Source: an uncultured Candidatus Saccharibacteria bacterium (GTDB lineage Bacteria > Patescibacteriota > Saccharimonadia > Saccharimonadales > Saccharimonadaceae). From it: 64,000 nt of DNA. The notes under the pieces were generated by a model, which saw nothing but the letters and a program-made list of their open reading frames with translations, made no database searches and was not told where the DNA came from. Below are positions 9,760 to 19,351 of this stretch, piece after piece. The stretch lies in the NCBI GenBank assembly GCA_964532185.1, contig CAZHGO010000001.1, positions 2,897 through 66,896 of the forward strand, given 5' to 3'. Each line of letters opens with the position of its first letter. Position 1 is the first letter of the stretch. The translations under genes were made by a program, and so were the position numbers.

Positions 9760-11142
9760 ATGAAAAGAAAGCAGCGCGTCAAAAGAAAAACCGCGCCCAA
9801 AGTCAAGCATGTCAAAAAAATTTCCCCTTTCATAGCCATATCCTTAATTTTGATCTCTCTTTTCGTAATCTCAGCTACTACCTACAAAATTGTCGAAGTT
9901 GTTCTGGTCAATAATCATTCCAATACTTTTCCCAAACTAGAGATATTTTTATCCGAAGTACCTATCGAACAAATAAACACCAACGACAAAAATCTTAAAT
10001 ATCCAAATAATACCATTGTTCTCACTACTAATGATAACTCCACCAATTACAAAGATGTAGAAATCAAAGGACGTGGTAATTCTACTTGGGCTCAACTCAA
10101 AAGGCCTTATCAAATCAAATTTTCTGAAAAAACCGGTCTCTTTGGCAATCAAGAAGCCAAAAAATGGATTCTCCTTGCTGACTATTTTGACAACACTCAT
10201 CTAAGGAACGCCACCGCTTTTTATCTAGAACGCCTCTTAGAAACCTCCTACCCTATTAGCGGAGAATTCGCAGAAGTTTATATAGACAATAATTATTATG
10301 GCCTCTATTATGTTACAGAAAAAGTCGAAATAGAAAAAAATCGCGTCAACTTAACCGATCCATATAGCATCATCGTTGAGCTAGACAACATCCATAATTC
10401 CAATAAAGGTTGTGCCGCTTACACCAATAATAATAGTTGTCTCACAATTCACGACACCTTAAATGCCGATAACTCCGATACTGCAATTGCAGTCTTTACT
10501 GCAAAATTCAAACAGCTAGAAAACGCCATCGCCAAAAAAGACTACCGCACAATCGCCAACCTTATTGACGTAGACTCTTTTGCTAAATATTTCTTGCTTA
10601 ATGAGTTTATCAATAACCCCGATGCTTATAGCACTAGCTTCTTCATGTATCAAAATGGGGACGAAGATAAAATTCATGCTGGACCAGGATGGGATTTTGA
10701 CCTTACTCTAGGCAGCAGGGGCTGGATTGAAAAAGGAATTGATCAAGACGTTTTTCTTTCTCCATCTGGAACCATGGCGCTTAAAAATTATTTAACCGAC
10801 GAAGTCCCCCACTCAAAGACCGTCTCTACTATTATTTATGACCTCATGGACATCCCAGAATTTGCAGTCAAAGTTAAAGAAATTTATCGGGAAACTCTTT
10901 CCGGAAAAAGTGAAGAGCTCTTAGAGTATATCCGATCCCAAGCCGAATACATCAAACCAGCCGCTCTTCGCGACCAAGAACGTTGGAAATTCAAAACTAA
11001 TTTCGACGAAGAAGTCGATTATCTCATCGATTGGGTTGCTAAACGCTTCAGCCACTTTGAACAAACTTATGGCGTATCAACCAATCAAGAAATCAGCTCA
11101 AATCCAGCCCCAGAATCTCCGCAGCCTTCTCTAGAACTTTAA
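9760..11142 (+). CDS. CotH kinase family protein
   Basis: IKGRGNSTW, YQIKF, KKWILLA, YYGLYYVTEKVE and GPGWDFDLT. Confidence 0.85.
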   Translation: MKRKQRVKRKTAPKVKHVKKISPFIAISLILISLFVISATTYKIVEVVLVNNHSNTFPKLEIFLSEVPIEQINTNDKNLKYPNNTIVLTTNDNSTNYKDVEIKGRGNSTWAQLKRPYQIKFSEKTGLFGNQEAKKWILLADYFDNTHLRNATAFYLERLLETSYPISGEFAEVYIDNNYYGLYYVTEKVEIEKNRVNLTDPYSIIVELDNIHNSNKGCAAYTNNNSCLTIHDTLNADNSDTAIAVFTAKFKQLENAIAKKDYRTIANLIDVDSFAKYFLLNEFINNPDAYSTSFFMYQNGDEDKIHAGPGWDFDLTLGSRGWIEKGIDQDVFLSPSGTMALKNYLTDEVPHSKTVSTIIYDLMDIPEFAVKVKEIYRETLSGKSEELLEYIRSQAEYIKPAALRDQERWKFKTNFDEEVDYLIDWVAKRFSHFEQTYGVSTNQEISSNPAPESPQPSLEL

Positions 11143-11422
11143 AATCTTCATCAGAAGCTTCTTTCATTCTCGTCTTAAACAAATTTACAGTCTCCGTATG
11201 TTGATAATCCAAAATCTCCAAAGAACGTGCTTCTCCAGGAGTTTTTAATAGTGCTCCCTTAGAGACCAAATTATCGATATGCTCCGCTACTGCTGAAACT
11301 GAAGTTAAACCCAGCCCCTCCATAATCTCCCGATAGGACGGCGAAACCCCACGTTCCTCTGTGAAATCTCTGATAAACTCCAAAACTGCTAATTGTTTTT
11401 TTGTGAGTTTCGCTACATTCAT
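11093..11422 (-). CDS. LexA DNA-binding-domain protein (109 aa) lacking the S24 peptidase domain
   Basis: LTKKQLAVLEFI...GVSPSYREIMEGLGLTSVSAVAEHIDNLVSKG...PGEARSLEI. Start reassigned to ATG 11422 (TATAAT 6 nt upstream); the longer ORF-track call overlaps the LCP gene. Confidence 0.8.
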   Translation of the reverse strand: MNVAKLTKKQLAVLEFIRDFTEERGVSPSYREIMEGLGLTSVSAVAEHIDNLVSKGALLKTPGEARSLEILDYQHTETVNLFKTRMKEASDEDFKVLEKAAEILGLDLS

Positions 11423-11438
11423 GTTATAATTATATACA

Positions 11439-13271
11439 ATGGCTGAAGATAAATCAATTGATGGGCTTTCTACTCGTTCTGCCAAAAAAGCAGAGGCAAA
11501 GAAAGCGCCCCAAAAATCCTCTAAAAGAGTAAAGACTGTTTCTCCAGAGGATTTTGCTCGTACTCCCGATAACAATCTCTGGGATTCTATCATAGAAGAC
11601 GCCAAGCCAACAGAGACCCCAACTCTCGTTGAAGAAATTAACATAGACGAAGAAATCACCGAGCAGCCTAAGCCAATAGTTGAAAAACCCGTCAAAAGGC
11701 CCCGCCAAGTAGATGGATTTACCCCTATCAAAAAAGAAGAAAAGCCTCTCAGCTTTTTAAAGCCTGTAGCGGCCTACGAATTTGACGAAGAAGACGGTCT
11801 TACCGAGAGCGAAGACACTGTAGAAGAGATTAAGCAGCTTGCTCACGACGAAGACGAAGACGAAGACGACGCCGCAGAAGCAGAAAAAGACAGCGAGGAA
11901 GAAATTATGTCCGAAAAAACAGCCAAGAAAAAAGCCAAAAAAGACGCTAAGAAGCTTAAGAAAAAACCTATCAGCAAAAAACGCAAAGTTATCAGCATCA
12001 CTGCTCTTGTTGTTGTTATATTATTGATTGGTGTGGTAGTTTGGGCTATTTTCTGGGGTAATGATATTATCGCCAAAATTACCGGTGGTCGTGGCAATAT
12101 TTTTGATTTCTTTGTAGAAAGTTATGAGCCGTTAAAAACCGACGCAAACGGTCGCACCAATATCCTTGCTATTGGCACTGGTGGTTACAATATGGACGGT
12201 GACGAAGGTAATGGAGTTCACGATGGAGCTCAACTTACTGATTCTATTATGCTTATTAGTTTTGATCAAAACACTGGCGATGTGGCCATGATTAGCCTCC
12301 CTAGAGATTTAAAGGGCCCAGCCACTTGTACTTCTACCGGCAAAATCAACGAAGTTTATTGGTGTAATGGCGGCGGCGGAGACGCTTCTGTTGAACAAGA
12401 AGAAAAGGCTGCTACCGCAGTAATGGACGCAGTCGGCGAAGTCTTAGGTGTAGATATTCAGTATTACGCCCACCTCAACTGGGGCTCACTCGCTTCTATT
12501 GTAGACTTACTTGGCGGCATCACCGTTACTCTAGACGAAGACATTAATGACTACCAGTATACCGAAGCCGTATTCAAAGCCGGCGTTCCTTATGAAATTG
12601 ATGGCAGCCAAGCTGTAGGCTTAGCTCGCGCCCGCCATGGTACCACCGGTGGCGACTTTTCTCGTGGTACTTCTCAACAAAAAATTATCGTTGGCATCAA
12701 AAACAAACTCCTAGAAAAACAGCTCTCCATTCCAGATATATTAAGCCTAGTCTCTACATTGGGCGACAATCTTCGCACTAACTTCTCTGTTGCCGAAATC
12801 AAAACCCTTGGCCATGATCTCACCACTCTAGATTTTGATGTGATGCGCCATATTTCCCTCTACCCAGACTACATGACCACTGGTATGTTAAACGGTATAT
12901 CTTATGTCCTGCCAAAAGCCGGCGCCGGCAATTACAAAGCCATTCAGCTATACGTTGCCAAACAATTATCGTCAGACCCACGTGATTACGAAGAGCCCAC
13001 CATCGCCATTTACAACGCCTCTAATACCGATGGTCTCGCCGGTGAAGAAAAAATCAAATTAGAAAATAAAGGCTATACCATTAATCTTATAGATAATGCC
13101 CCAGAAGGCGAATACGAACAAGGTACCAGCATTTATGTCATCAACCCCGAAAAAGCCGGCACCAAACGTCTGCTCACCGAAGAATACAACTATGAGCTAA
13201 AGCCTGCCGAAGAGCTCCCAGCCGGTATCACACCAGACTACGACTTCATCATTATTTTAAATGATAAATAA
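11439..13271 (+). CDS. LCP (LytR-CpsA-Psr) family glycopolymer transferase with C-terminal LytR_C-like domain
   Basis: TNILAIG, LTDSIMLI, ISLPRDL, KINEVY, ARARHG and DFSRGTSQQKII; long acidic N-terminus, then a TM helix. Confidence 0.9.
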   Translation: MAEDKSIDGLSTRSAKKAEAKKAPQKSSKRVKTVSPEDFARTPDNNLWDSIIEDAKPTETPTLVEEINIDEEITEQPKPIVEKPVKRPRQVDGFTPIKKEEKPLSFLKPVAAYEFDEEDGLTESEDTVEEIKQLAHDEDEDEDDAAEAEKDSEEEIMSEKTAKKKAKKDAKKLKKKPISKKRKVISITALVVVILLIGVVVWAIFWGNDIIAKITGGRGNIFDFFVESYEPLKTDANGRTNILAIGTGGYNMDGDEGNGVHDGAQLTDSIMLISFDQNTGDVAMISLPRDLKGPATCTSTGKINEVYWCNGGGGDASVEQEEKAATAVMDAVGEVLGVDIQYYAHLNWGSLASIVDLLGGITVTLDEDINDYQYTEAVFKAGVPYEIDGSQAVGLARARHGTTGGDFSRGTSQQKIIVGIKNKLLEKQLSIPDILSLVSTLGDNLRTNFSVAEIKTLGHDLTTLDFDVMRHISLYPDYMTTGMLNGISYVLPKAGAGNYKAIQLYVAKQLSSDPRDYEEPTIAIYNASNTDGLAGEEKIKLENKGYTINLIDNAPEGEYEQGTSIYVINPEKAGTKRLLTEEYNYELKPAEELPAGITPDYDFIIILNDK

Positions 13272-13275
13272 TTAA

Positions 13276-13731
13276 TTAAATCTTAGAAATAATCAGTTTT
13301 CGTTCTCTGCCCTCACCTTCAGAGTGGGTCTCTATATCCGAGTAATCTTGGGCTACTTTATGCACTACCCGCCTATCAGCTGCATTGAGATTGATCGTCA
13401 TTGGCTCGCCAGTTTCACGCACTTTCGCAATCCAACCCTCAGCTTTGCCTGCAATCCTATCTTCTCTCTGTTTTTTATAGTTAGCAATATCAATACTAAC
13501 ACGAGTTAATTCTGCATTCTTGGTCACTAGCGCCATCATTACGATATGTTGAAGCGAACGTAGATTATCGGCATTACGCCCAATCAAAAGCGAATTTAAA
13601 GACGTAGATGGCACCGAAAGTTGTATCACTTCGTCTTCGGCGGTTGCATATACTGCCACATTAATACCAAAGAAGCTTAAAAGATCCTCCAGATATTTGG
13701 CAGCAAACCTAATCGATTCTTCTTTATTCAT
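13276..13731 (-). CDS. jag: Jag/KhpB-like KH-R3H RNA-binding protein
   Basis: LIGRNADNLRSLQ (KH) and RRVVH...HSEGEGRER (R3H); located downstream of yidC. Confidence 0.85.
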   Translation of the reverse strand: MNKEESIRFAAKYLEDLLSFFGINVAVYATAEDEVIQLSVPSTSLNSLLIGRNADNLRSLQHIVMMALVTKNAELTRVSIDIANYKKQREDRIAGKAEGWIAKVRETGEPMTINLNAADRRVVHKVAQDYSDIETHSEGEGRERKLIISKI

Positions 13732-13733
13732 TA

Positions 13734-14882
13734 TTATCTCCTTTTCTTTTTATTATCTTTTGCGGAGATACGTGTAATTTTTGTTCCAGTTTTTTTGTTT
13801 TCTACCACCTCTGCTTCTCTAATTTTAGCCCCCTTAGCAATATTTTTACCTTTCTCAGATTTCTTCAGTTCTTTCAAAATGGCTTTATCTGTATTGTCAT
13901 CCATTTCGTCACGCACTTTATTGAAGATTAGCTTCTGTTGTAGAATCGTAAAGATATTTGAAAGGAAATAGTAAAATGCTAGCGCGCCATGAAGGTTAAA
14001 CATAATGATAAACATCATAATAGGCATCATCTTAGACATCTGCCCGGTAGCAAGACCAGAAATTTCACTATCGTCCACCTCTTTACCATCTTTAGCTTCT
14101 TTCAAAATCTCGCGGAATTTCTTCTTCTTTTCACTCTTACCAGAAGAAGTTTGTTGTTTAGCTACAAAATACTGAGCGAGTGCTGCCGCAATCGAAATCA
14201 CCAACATAAACACCGCGCTCCAAGAGAATCTTGAAGGATTTATCACATCGCTAGCCTTAGCGGTAAGATCAATCGAATTAAACAGTTTTGGATCAAAATC
14301 GTATTTTCGCTTTTCTTCCGCCGGAATATCGTTATTTGCCAAATCTTCCAGATAATCTATCTGTTTTTGCTCTAGGCTAGCAATTTCCGAACCTTCATAA
14401 GCCACAAAATCGTAGGCCCGGTTAGTCAAATTATCTTGAGGCAGCGGCGTTGCAATTACCCGAATTGCCGAAAACACCGCAATAAAAATCGGGAGTTGGA
14501 TTAATAGTACTAGAATAGACGCAAATGGCTTTACATTATAGCGCTTATAAAGATCCATAGTTTGCAAAGACTCAAGCTGCTTGTTCCCATTACAATTCTT
14601 ACGAATCTTGGTTAGCTCCGGCTGAATTTTCTGCATCAGCCTAGTCTGAACCAATTGTCTTTTAGTCAAAGGCCACATAAACAGTTTTACCAAAATGGCC
14701 AAGATTATAATTGCCAAACCAAAATCATGTACCAAGTTAAAAATCATAAACTGAATATTTACTATTGGACGCACAATAATTAAGTCAATCAGATCAAACG
14801 GGCCACCCGTCGCAATTGAGCCAGCAATAAAAGCCACCAATAGAGTCAAGATAACATATTTTTTCACACTCTTCTTATCCAT
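13734..14882 (-). CDS. yidC: Membrane protein insertase YidC
   Basis: FGLAIIILAILVKL...IQPELTKI, LIQLPIF and AFYYFLSNIFTILQQ; conserved synteny. Confidence 0.92.
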   Translation of the reverse strand: MDKKSVKKYVILTLLVAFIAGSIATGGPFDLIDLIIVRPIVNIQFMIFNLVHDFGLAIIILAILVKLFMWPLTKRQLVQTRLMQKIQPELTKIRKNCNGNKQLESLQTMDLYKRYNVKPFASILVLLIQLPIFIAVFSAIRVIATPLPQDNLTNRAYDFVAYEGSEIASLEQKQIDYLEDLANNDIPAEEKRKYDFDPKLFNSIDLTAKASDVINPSRFSWSAVFMLVISIAAALAQYFVAKQQTSSGKSEKKKKFREILKEAKDGKEVDDSEISGLATGQMSKMMPIMMFIIMFNLHGALAFYYFLSNIFTILQQKLIFNKVRDEMDDNTDKAILKELKKSEKGKNIAKGAKIREAEVVENKKTGTKITRISAKDNKKKRR

Positions 14883-14895
14883 TATAATTATTATA

Positions 14896-15234
14896 TCATA
14901 CTTTGCTCTCAGCGACTAGTTCCCCAAGCAATTTTACCAGTTCTCTATATGGCATCGTACTAACCTCTTTTCTATAGACCACAAAAATATAATCTCGTTT
15001 TTTTGGCACCAAATCAAAATCTTGTCTCAATGCCTCGTACACCCGCCGACGAATTCTATTTCTACCCACTGCAGTTTTAGTCACCTTTTTAGAGACCACC
15101 ACTGCCACCCTAGTAAACCCCCGCGTATTATCACAAAAAACCAAAGACATCTGTGCCTTTCGCACTGTCTTCCCGTGTTGATAAACATATTTCACTCCCC
15201 CACGGGAGTGAAAACGGTATTTCTTCTTAAGCAT
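14896..15234 (-). CDS. rnpA: Ribonuclease P protein component
   Basis: VVVSKKV..TAVGRNRIRRR (RNR motif). Confidence 0.95.
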   Translation of the reverse strand: MLKKKYRFHSRGGVKYVYQHGKTVRKAQMSLVFCDNTRGFTRVAVVVSKKVTKTAVGRNRIRRRVYEALRQDFDLVPKKRDYIFVVYRKEVSTMPYRELVKLLGELVAESKV

Positions 15235-15249
15235 CCTATATATATTATA

Positions 15250-15387
15250 CTATATAGCGAGTCTTGCCCGGCCCTTTACACGACGCCTTTTTAAGACCTT
15301 GCGTCCATTAACAGAAGCATTTCTTTTCATAAAACCATGCTCAACTTTGCGCTGCTTTTTGTGTGGCTGATAAGTCCTTTTCGGCAT
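15250..15387 (-). CDS. rpmH: 50S ribosomal protein L34 (not in ORF track)
   Basis: Translated by hand: [45 protein letters not shown]; lies between rnpA and dnaA. Confidence 0.97.
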   Translation of the reverse strand: MPKRTYQPHKKQRKVEHGFMKRNASVNGRKVLKRRRVKGRARLAI

Positions 15388-15442
15388 ATTTTATTTCCTT
15401 ACACTTTATTATTTTTCAAATACTTGTTATAGTATAGCATAC

Positions 15443-15572
15443 TTTTCCACATTTTTCAAAGGTTTTTCCACAAACCAATTAGGGAAATCACAAAAAATGT
15501 GGAAATCTCCACCCCTATACTCGCATTTCCATATTAAAAAATATTATTTTTCCCACCAAAACCTGTGGAAAA
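15443..15572. promoter_or_regulatory. DnaA boxes upstream of dnaA
   Basis: TTTTCCACA at 15443 and 15464; TGTGGAAAT at 15498; TGTGGAAAA at 15564. The dnaA -10 (TGc-TATAAT) is at 15589-15594. Confidence 0.8.
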
Positions 15573-15613
15573 CTCCCAACTTTTTTGCTATAATAGCCAA
15601 AAAGGAGGTCAAA

Positions 15614-16972
15614 ATGTACAACGTGTGGGAAAACGCCTTAGCTGAGATTGAGCAAAAAATCTCCTCTGGCAACTTCTCTACCTGGTTCCAAGACACCAGC
15701 CTTCTATCCACAGAAGACGGCCATATCATTATTGGTGTCAAAAACTCCTTCTTCATCAAACAGCTCCGCTCCAAGTTCTTAGACGTTATTAAAACCGCTC
15801 TCGAAAATACCGGCACCAAAGTCAAAGACATCGATTTCCAAATAGAAGTTAAGTCAAAATCCAAAGTCCGCCCGCGTGAAGTCACCGCTGACCCCACTCT
15901 AATCAAACACAAACTCCACCAAATCAAAGCCACTAGAACTCAAAAAACCCTAAACAACGGCCTAAACAGCAAATACACCCTGGACAACTTCATTGTCGGT
16001 TCCAACAACGACCTTGCGGTTTCCGCCGCCAAAAGTATTATTAATAACCCCGGCACTAGTTATAATCCATTCTTCCTTTACGGTGGCTCTGGCCTTGGTA
16101 AAACCCATTTGGTTCAAGCTATTGGTAATGAGATTCTCAAAAAACACCCTGATTACAAAATTCTCTACACCCCCATTTCAGATTTTTATGCCGATTTTGT
16201 AGATTCTGTTTTAAAAGGCAAGGGTAAAGATTTTAGTAATAAATTCCGTTCCCTAGATGTCTTAATTATTGATGATTTTCAATTTATCGTCGGCAAAGAC
16301 AAATCCCAAGAAGAGTTTTTCAATATCTTCAACAACCTTCATCAGTTAGACAAACAAATCATCGTCACCTCCGATCGTCTCCCTTCCCAAATTAAAACCG
16401 TAGACGAACGCCTCGCCAATCGTCTTACTTGGGCTGGAGCTTTCGATCTTCAACTCCCCCGTTTTGAAGATAAATGCGCCATTTTACGCTCCAAAGCCAA
16501 TCTTACCGGCGCCGAAATCGAGGATGAAGCTATCGAATATATTGCCGAAAACGTCAATACCAACATCCGCGACCTAGAATCAGAACTTTCCACCATATTA
16601 CTAATGTCTGATGTTCGCGGGCTCACTCCGTTAGAACTCATTAATAACGGTTCTATCAATGTTTCTCATACTCCTAAACTCCGCCCCACCACCCCCAAAC
16701 GCATTGTCGAAAAAGTTGCCAAATATTACAACTTATCCGTCGCCGAAATGAAAAGCAAATCTCGAGTTGCCCACATCAAAAACGCCCGCCAAATAGCCAT
16801 GTATTTATTATCAAAAGAACTTCATTTAAGTACCACCAAAATTGCTCCAGAAGTGGGCGTTAAAGATCACAGTACAGTCATTAATGGTCTTAAAAGAATC
16901 GACAAAGAGCTTAAATTAAATTTCACTCTTCGTGATCAAATCACTGAAATTAAGGATAAAATTTATGATTAG
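15614..16972 (+). CDS. dnaA: Chromosomal replication initiator DnaA
   Basis: YNPFFLYGGSGLGKTHL, LIIDDFQF and KDHSTVI. Start reassigned to ATG 15614 behind the SD AAAGGAGG. Confidence 0.98.
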   Translation: MYNVWENALAEIEQKISSGNFSTWFQDTSLLSTEDGHIIIGVKNSFFIKQLRSKFLDVIKTALENTGTKVKDIDFQIEVKSKSKVRPREVTADPTLIKHKLHQIKATRTQKTLNNGLNSKYTLDNFIVGSNNDLAVSAAKSIINNPGTSYNPFFLYGGSGLGKTHLVQAIGNEILKKHPDYKILYTPISDFYADFVDSVLKGKGKDFSNKFRSLDVLIIDDFQFIVGKDKSQEEFFNIFNNLHQLDKQIIVTSDRLPSQIKTVDERLANRLTWAGAFDLQLPRFEDKCAILRSKANLTGAEIEDEAIEYIAENVNTNIRDLESELSTILLMSDVRGLTPLELINNGSINVSHTPKLRPTTPKRIVEKVAKYYNLSVAEMKSKSRVAHIKNARQIAMYLLSKELHLSTTKIAPEVGVKDHSTVINGLKRIDKELKLNFTLRDQITEIKDKIYD

Positions 16973-17215
16973 CCTACATACCACATGTGCAAAACTTTGT
17001 GAAAATTTCCGTGTAGATCTCGTGCAGAATTCTGTGAATTTTTCTTCAGCCTATATTAATATGTGTAAAAAAATTCCTTTCCCACAGCTTTTTAACCACA
17101 TTTTTCGCCCACTTTTACACAAAAACCCCACCCCAGTTTCAACCCAAGCTTTTTCACATTTTCACAGCCCCTACTACTATTACTACGATATATTAAATAA
17201 TATTAATAATAGAAA
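16973..17215. other. Candidate oriC unwinding region (degenerate DnaA boxes, GC motif, DnaA-trios, AT-rich tract)
   Basis: Several TTTTCACA/TGTGAAAA-like boxes, then ATTTTCACA(17158-66)-GCCCC-TACTACTATTACTAC(17172-86)-AT-rich tract. Confidence 0.8.
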
Positions 17216-17223
17216 GGTTCAAA

Positions 17224-18348
17224 ATGGAAATTGAAGTCCTAGCCGAAAAAATATCAAAAGCCCTAAATAATGTTAGTCGCATTGCCACATCTAAAGTTAC
17301 CCTACCAGTGCTAAATAATGTTTTGATCAAAGTAAAAAACAAACAAGTTTCACTTATCACCACTAACCTAGATATGGCAGTAATAGATTTCCTCCCAGTT
17401 TCTAGTTCTAAAGACGGTGTAATTACTGTACCAGCCAAACTTCTTGCTGATTTTGTTTCCACTCTACCAAAAGAATCTAAAACCAAAATCTCCGCCAAAG
17501 ATAACAAAATCACCATTAAAGCCGACAAATATTCCTCCACCATCAATGGTACACCAGCCGACGATTTTCCAGAACTTCCCGAAATAGACGAAAAAACAGC
17601 TGTTATTTTTAGACTTGGTACCGAAGAGTTTAAAAACGGTATGAATCAAGTAGTGGTAGCTAGTTCTAACGATCTTAATCGTCCCGCACTTACCGGTATT
17701 CATTTCTACACTGCCGATAAATCTTTATATGTGGTAGCTACAGATGGTTATCGAGTAGCTAAAAAGCAATTAGTTAAAAACGTTCAAAGTGAAATTAAAG
17801 TTACCGTTCCAGCAAACTCTATCCAAGAAGTATTACATGCCATTAATGACGAAATGGAAGAAATAGAAGTCTCCTTTAATGAAGACTTGGTTCGTTTTCG
17901 CCTCGGTGAGGTAGAAATCGTATCAAAATTGATAGATGCCGAGTATCCTAATATTGATAACTTCATCCCAAAAACATCCGATATAAAAGTGGAGGTAAGC
18001 CGCGAAGAGCTTCTTCGGATCGCAAAGCTTGCTGGTCTCTTTGCAAAACACGGTACTAATGATGTGATTACCTGTGAAACCAAAAAGCCAGATATTCTTT
18101 CGGTTTATTCCATCGCTAATGAATTTGGCGAAAATGATTCTATTATTAATACCAAAGTAGAAAAAACTGGTAAAATTTCCATTACCTCACGTTATCTAAT
18201 AGATGCTCTAAATGTGGTGGATAGTGAAGATATTTCTATTAGTTTTTCTGAGGGTCTTGATAAAACCAATAATATTGCTGCACCTATGATTATTAAAAAA
18301 CAAAACTCAGATGACTATATTCATATCTTAATGCCAGTAAGTCTATAA
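17224..18348 (+). CDS. dnaN: DNA polymerase III beta clamp
   Basis: LPVLNNVLI, RPALTGI, VATDGYRVA and ILMPV. Confidence 0.97.
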   Translation: MEIEVLAEKISKALNNVSRIATSKVTLPVLNNVLIKVKNKQVSLITTNLDMAVIDFLPVSSSKDGVITVPAKLLADFVSTLPKESKTKISAKDNKITIKADKYSSTINGTPADDFPELPEIDEKTAVIFRLGTEEFKNGMNQVVVASSNDLNRPALTGIHFYTADKSLYVVATDGYRVAKKQLVKNVQSEIKVTVPANSIQEVLHAINDEMEEIEVSFNEDLVRFRLGEVEIVSKLIDAEYPNIDNFIPKTSDIKVEVSREELLRIAKLAGLFAKHGTNDVITCETKKPDILSVYSIANEFGENDSIINTKVEKTGKISITSRYLIDALNVVDSEDISISFSEGLDKTNNIAAPMIIKKQNSDDYIHILMPVSL

Positions 18349-18349
18349 A

Positions 18350-19351
18350 ATGCTTATCAAAAATATCTCTCTTACTAATTTTAGAAACCATAGTGCTTAC
18401 TCTCTACAATGTAAACCTACCACCACTTTAATTTTGGGTGAAAACGGTTGTGGTAAAACTTCAGTGCTTGAAGCAATTTATATTTTAACACAGGGTAAAT
18501 CTTTTCGCGCCACCGATCCAGACATCATCAAAAAAAATACTGATTTTTATCGCATAGAATTAATCTATGATAGCGGTGAAAAAATTATTGCCACTTATGA
18601 TACTAAGAAAAAATCTTTTCAAACTTTAGACAAAAAAACCACGCGTCTACCAACCAAACAAAAACATCCTGTAATTTTGTTTTTACCAAGTGATCTAAAT
18701 TTAGTCACTGGTTCACCATCTCGTCATCGGGATTATTTTGATAGATTTTTCTCCACTCTAAGCCCAGAGTATCACGCTGCACTTAGTAAATACAATAAAG
18801 CCCTACTCCAAAGAAATAAACTTTTAAAAAATGAAATAATTGAAAAAAGCACTATCTTTCCATGGAATCTACTGCTTGTTAAAAACGGAATCATTATTAA
18901 AAAACTCCGTGAAGAATTAATCCAGGAGATTAATCAATCTTTAACCAAAACTTATCGTACCATTGCCGAGAATCAAGACCAAGTAGAAATTAAATATATT
19001 TCAGATTTTAAAAATCTCACCGAAAACCAATACCTAGATTTATTAGAAAAGAATTACGAAAAAGATCATTTTTTAGGGCACACTAGCTTTGGTGTTCATC
19101 GTGATGATTTTGAGTTTATTTTTAATCAAAAACCCGCCGAATCCACCGCTTCTCGCGGCGAAACCCGTTCTGTTATTTTAGCACTCAAGTTTATTGAGGC
19201 CAAAATTATTACCAAAAAATTAAATCAAAAACCTATTATTCTTTTAGATGATGTGTTTTCAGAGTTGGACAACAAACGCCGGAAATGCCTAATTAATAAT
19301 TTCAAAAACCACCAAGTTATTATCACATCAGTAGAAAAATTTACTACCTAG
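18350..19351 (+). CDS. recF: DNA replication/repair protein RecF
   Basis: NFRN, GENGCGKTSVLEAIY, SRGETRS and ILLDDVFSELD. Confidence 0.95.
   Translation: MLIKNISLTNFRNHSAYSLQCKPTTTLILGENGCGKTSVLEAIYILTQGKSFRATDPDIIKKNTDFYRIELIYDSGEKIIATYDTKKKSFQTLDKKTTRLPTKQKHPVILFLPSDLNLVTGSPSRHRDYFDRFFSTLSPEYHAALSKYNKALLQRNKLLKNEIIEKSTIFPWNLLLVKNGIIIKKLREELIQEINQSLTKTYRTIAENQDQVEIKYISDFKNLTENQYLDLLEKNYEKDHFLGHTSFGVHRDDFEFIFNQKPAESTASRGETRSVILALKFIEAKIITKKLNQKPIILLDDVFSELDNKRRKCLINNFKNHQVIITSVEKFTT

Noticed and set aside
11847-11870. (GACGAA)3 repeat in the LCP gene as a phase-variation tract
   Set aside because: A hexamer unit keeps the frame; it simply encodes the acidic DEDEDEDD linker.
15497-15613. ORF-track N-terminal extension of DnaA (also extensions of LexA-like, 7TM, DUF4956, kinase and L33 ORFs)
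   Set aside because: These extensions overlap promoters, DnaA boxes or neighbouring genes; SD or -10 positions support the downstream starts.
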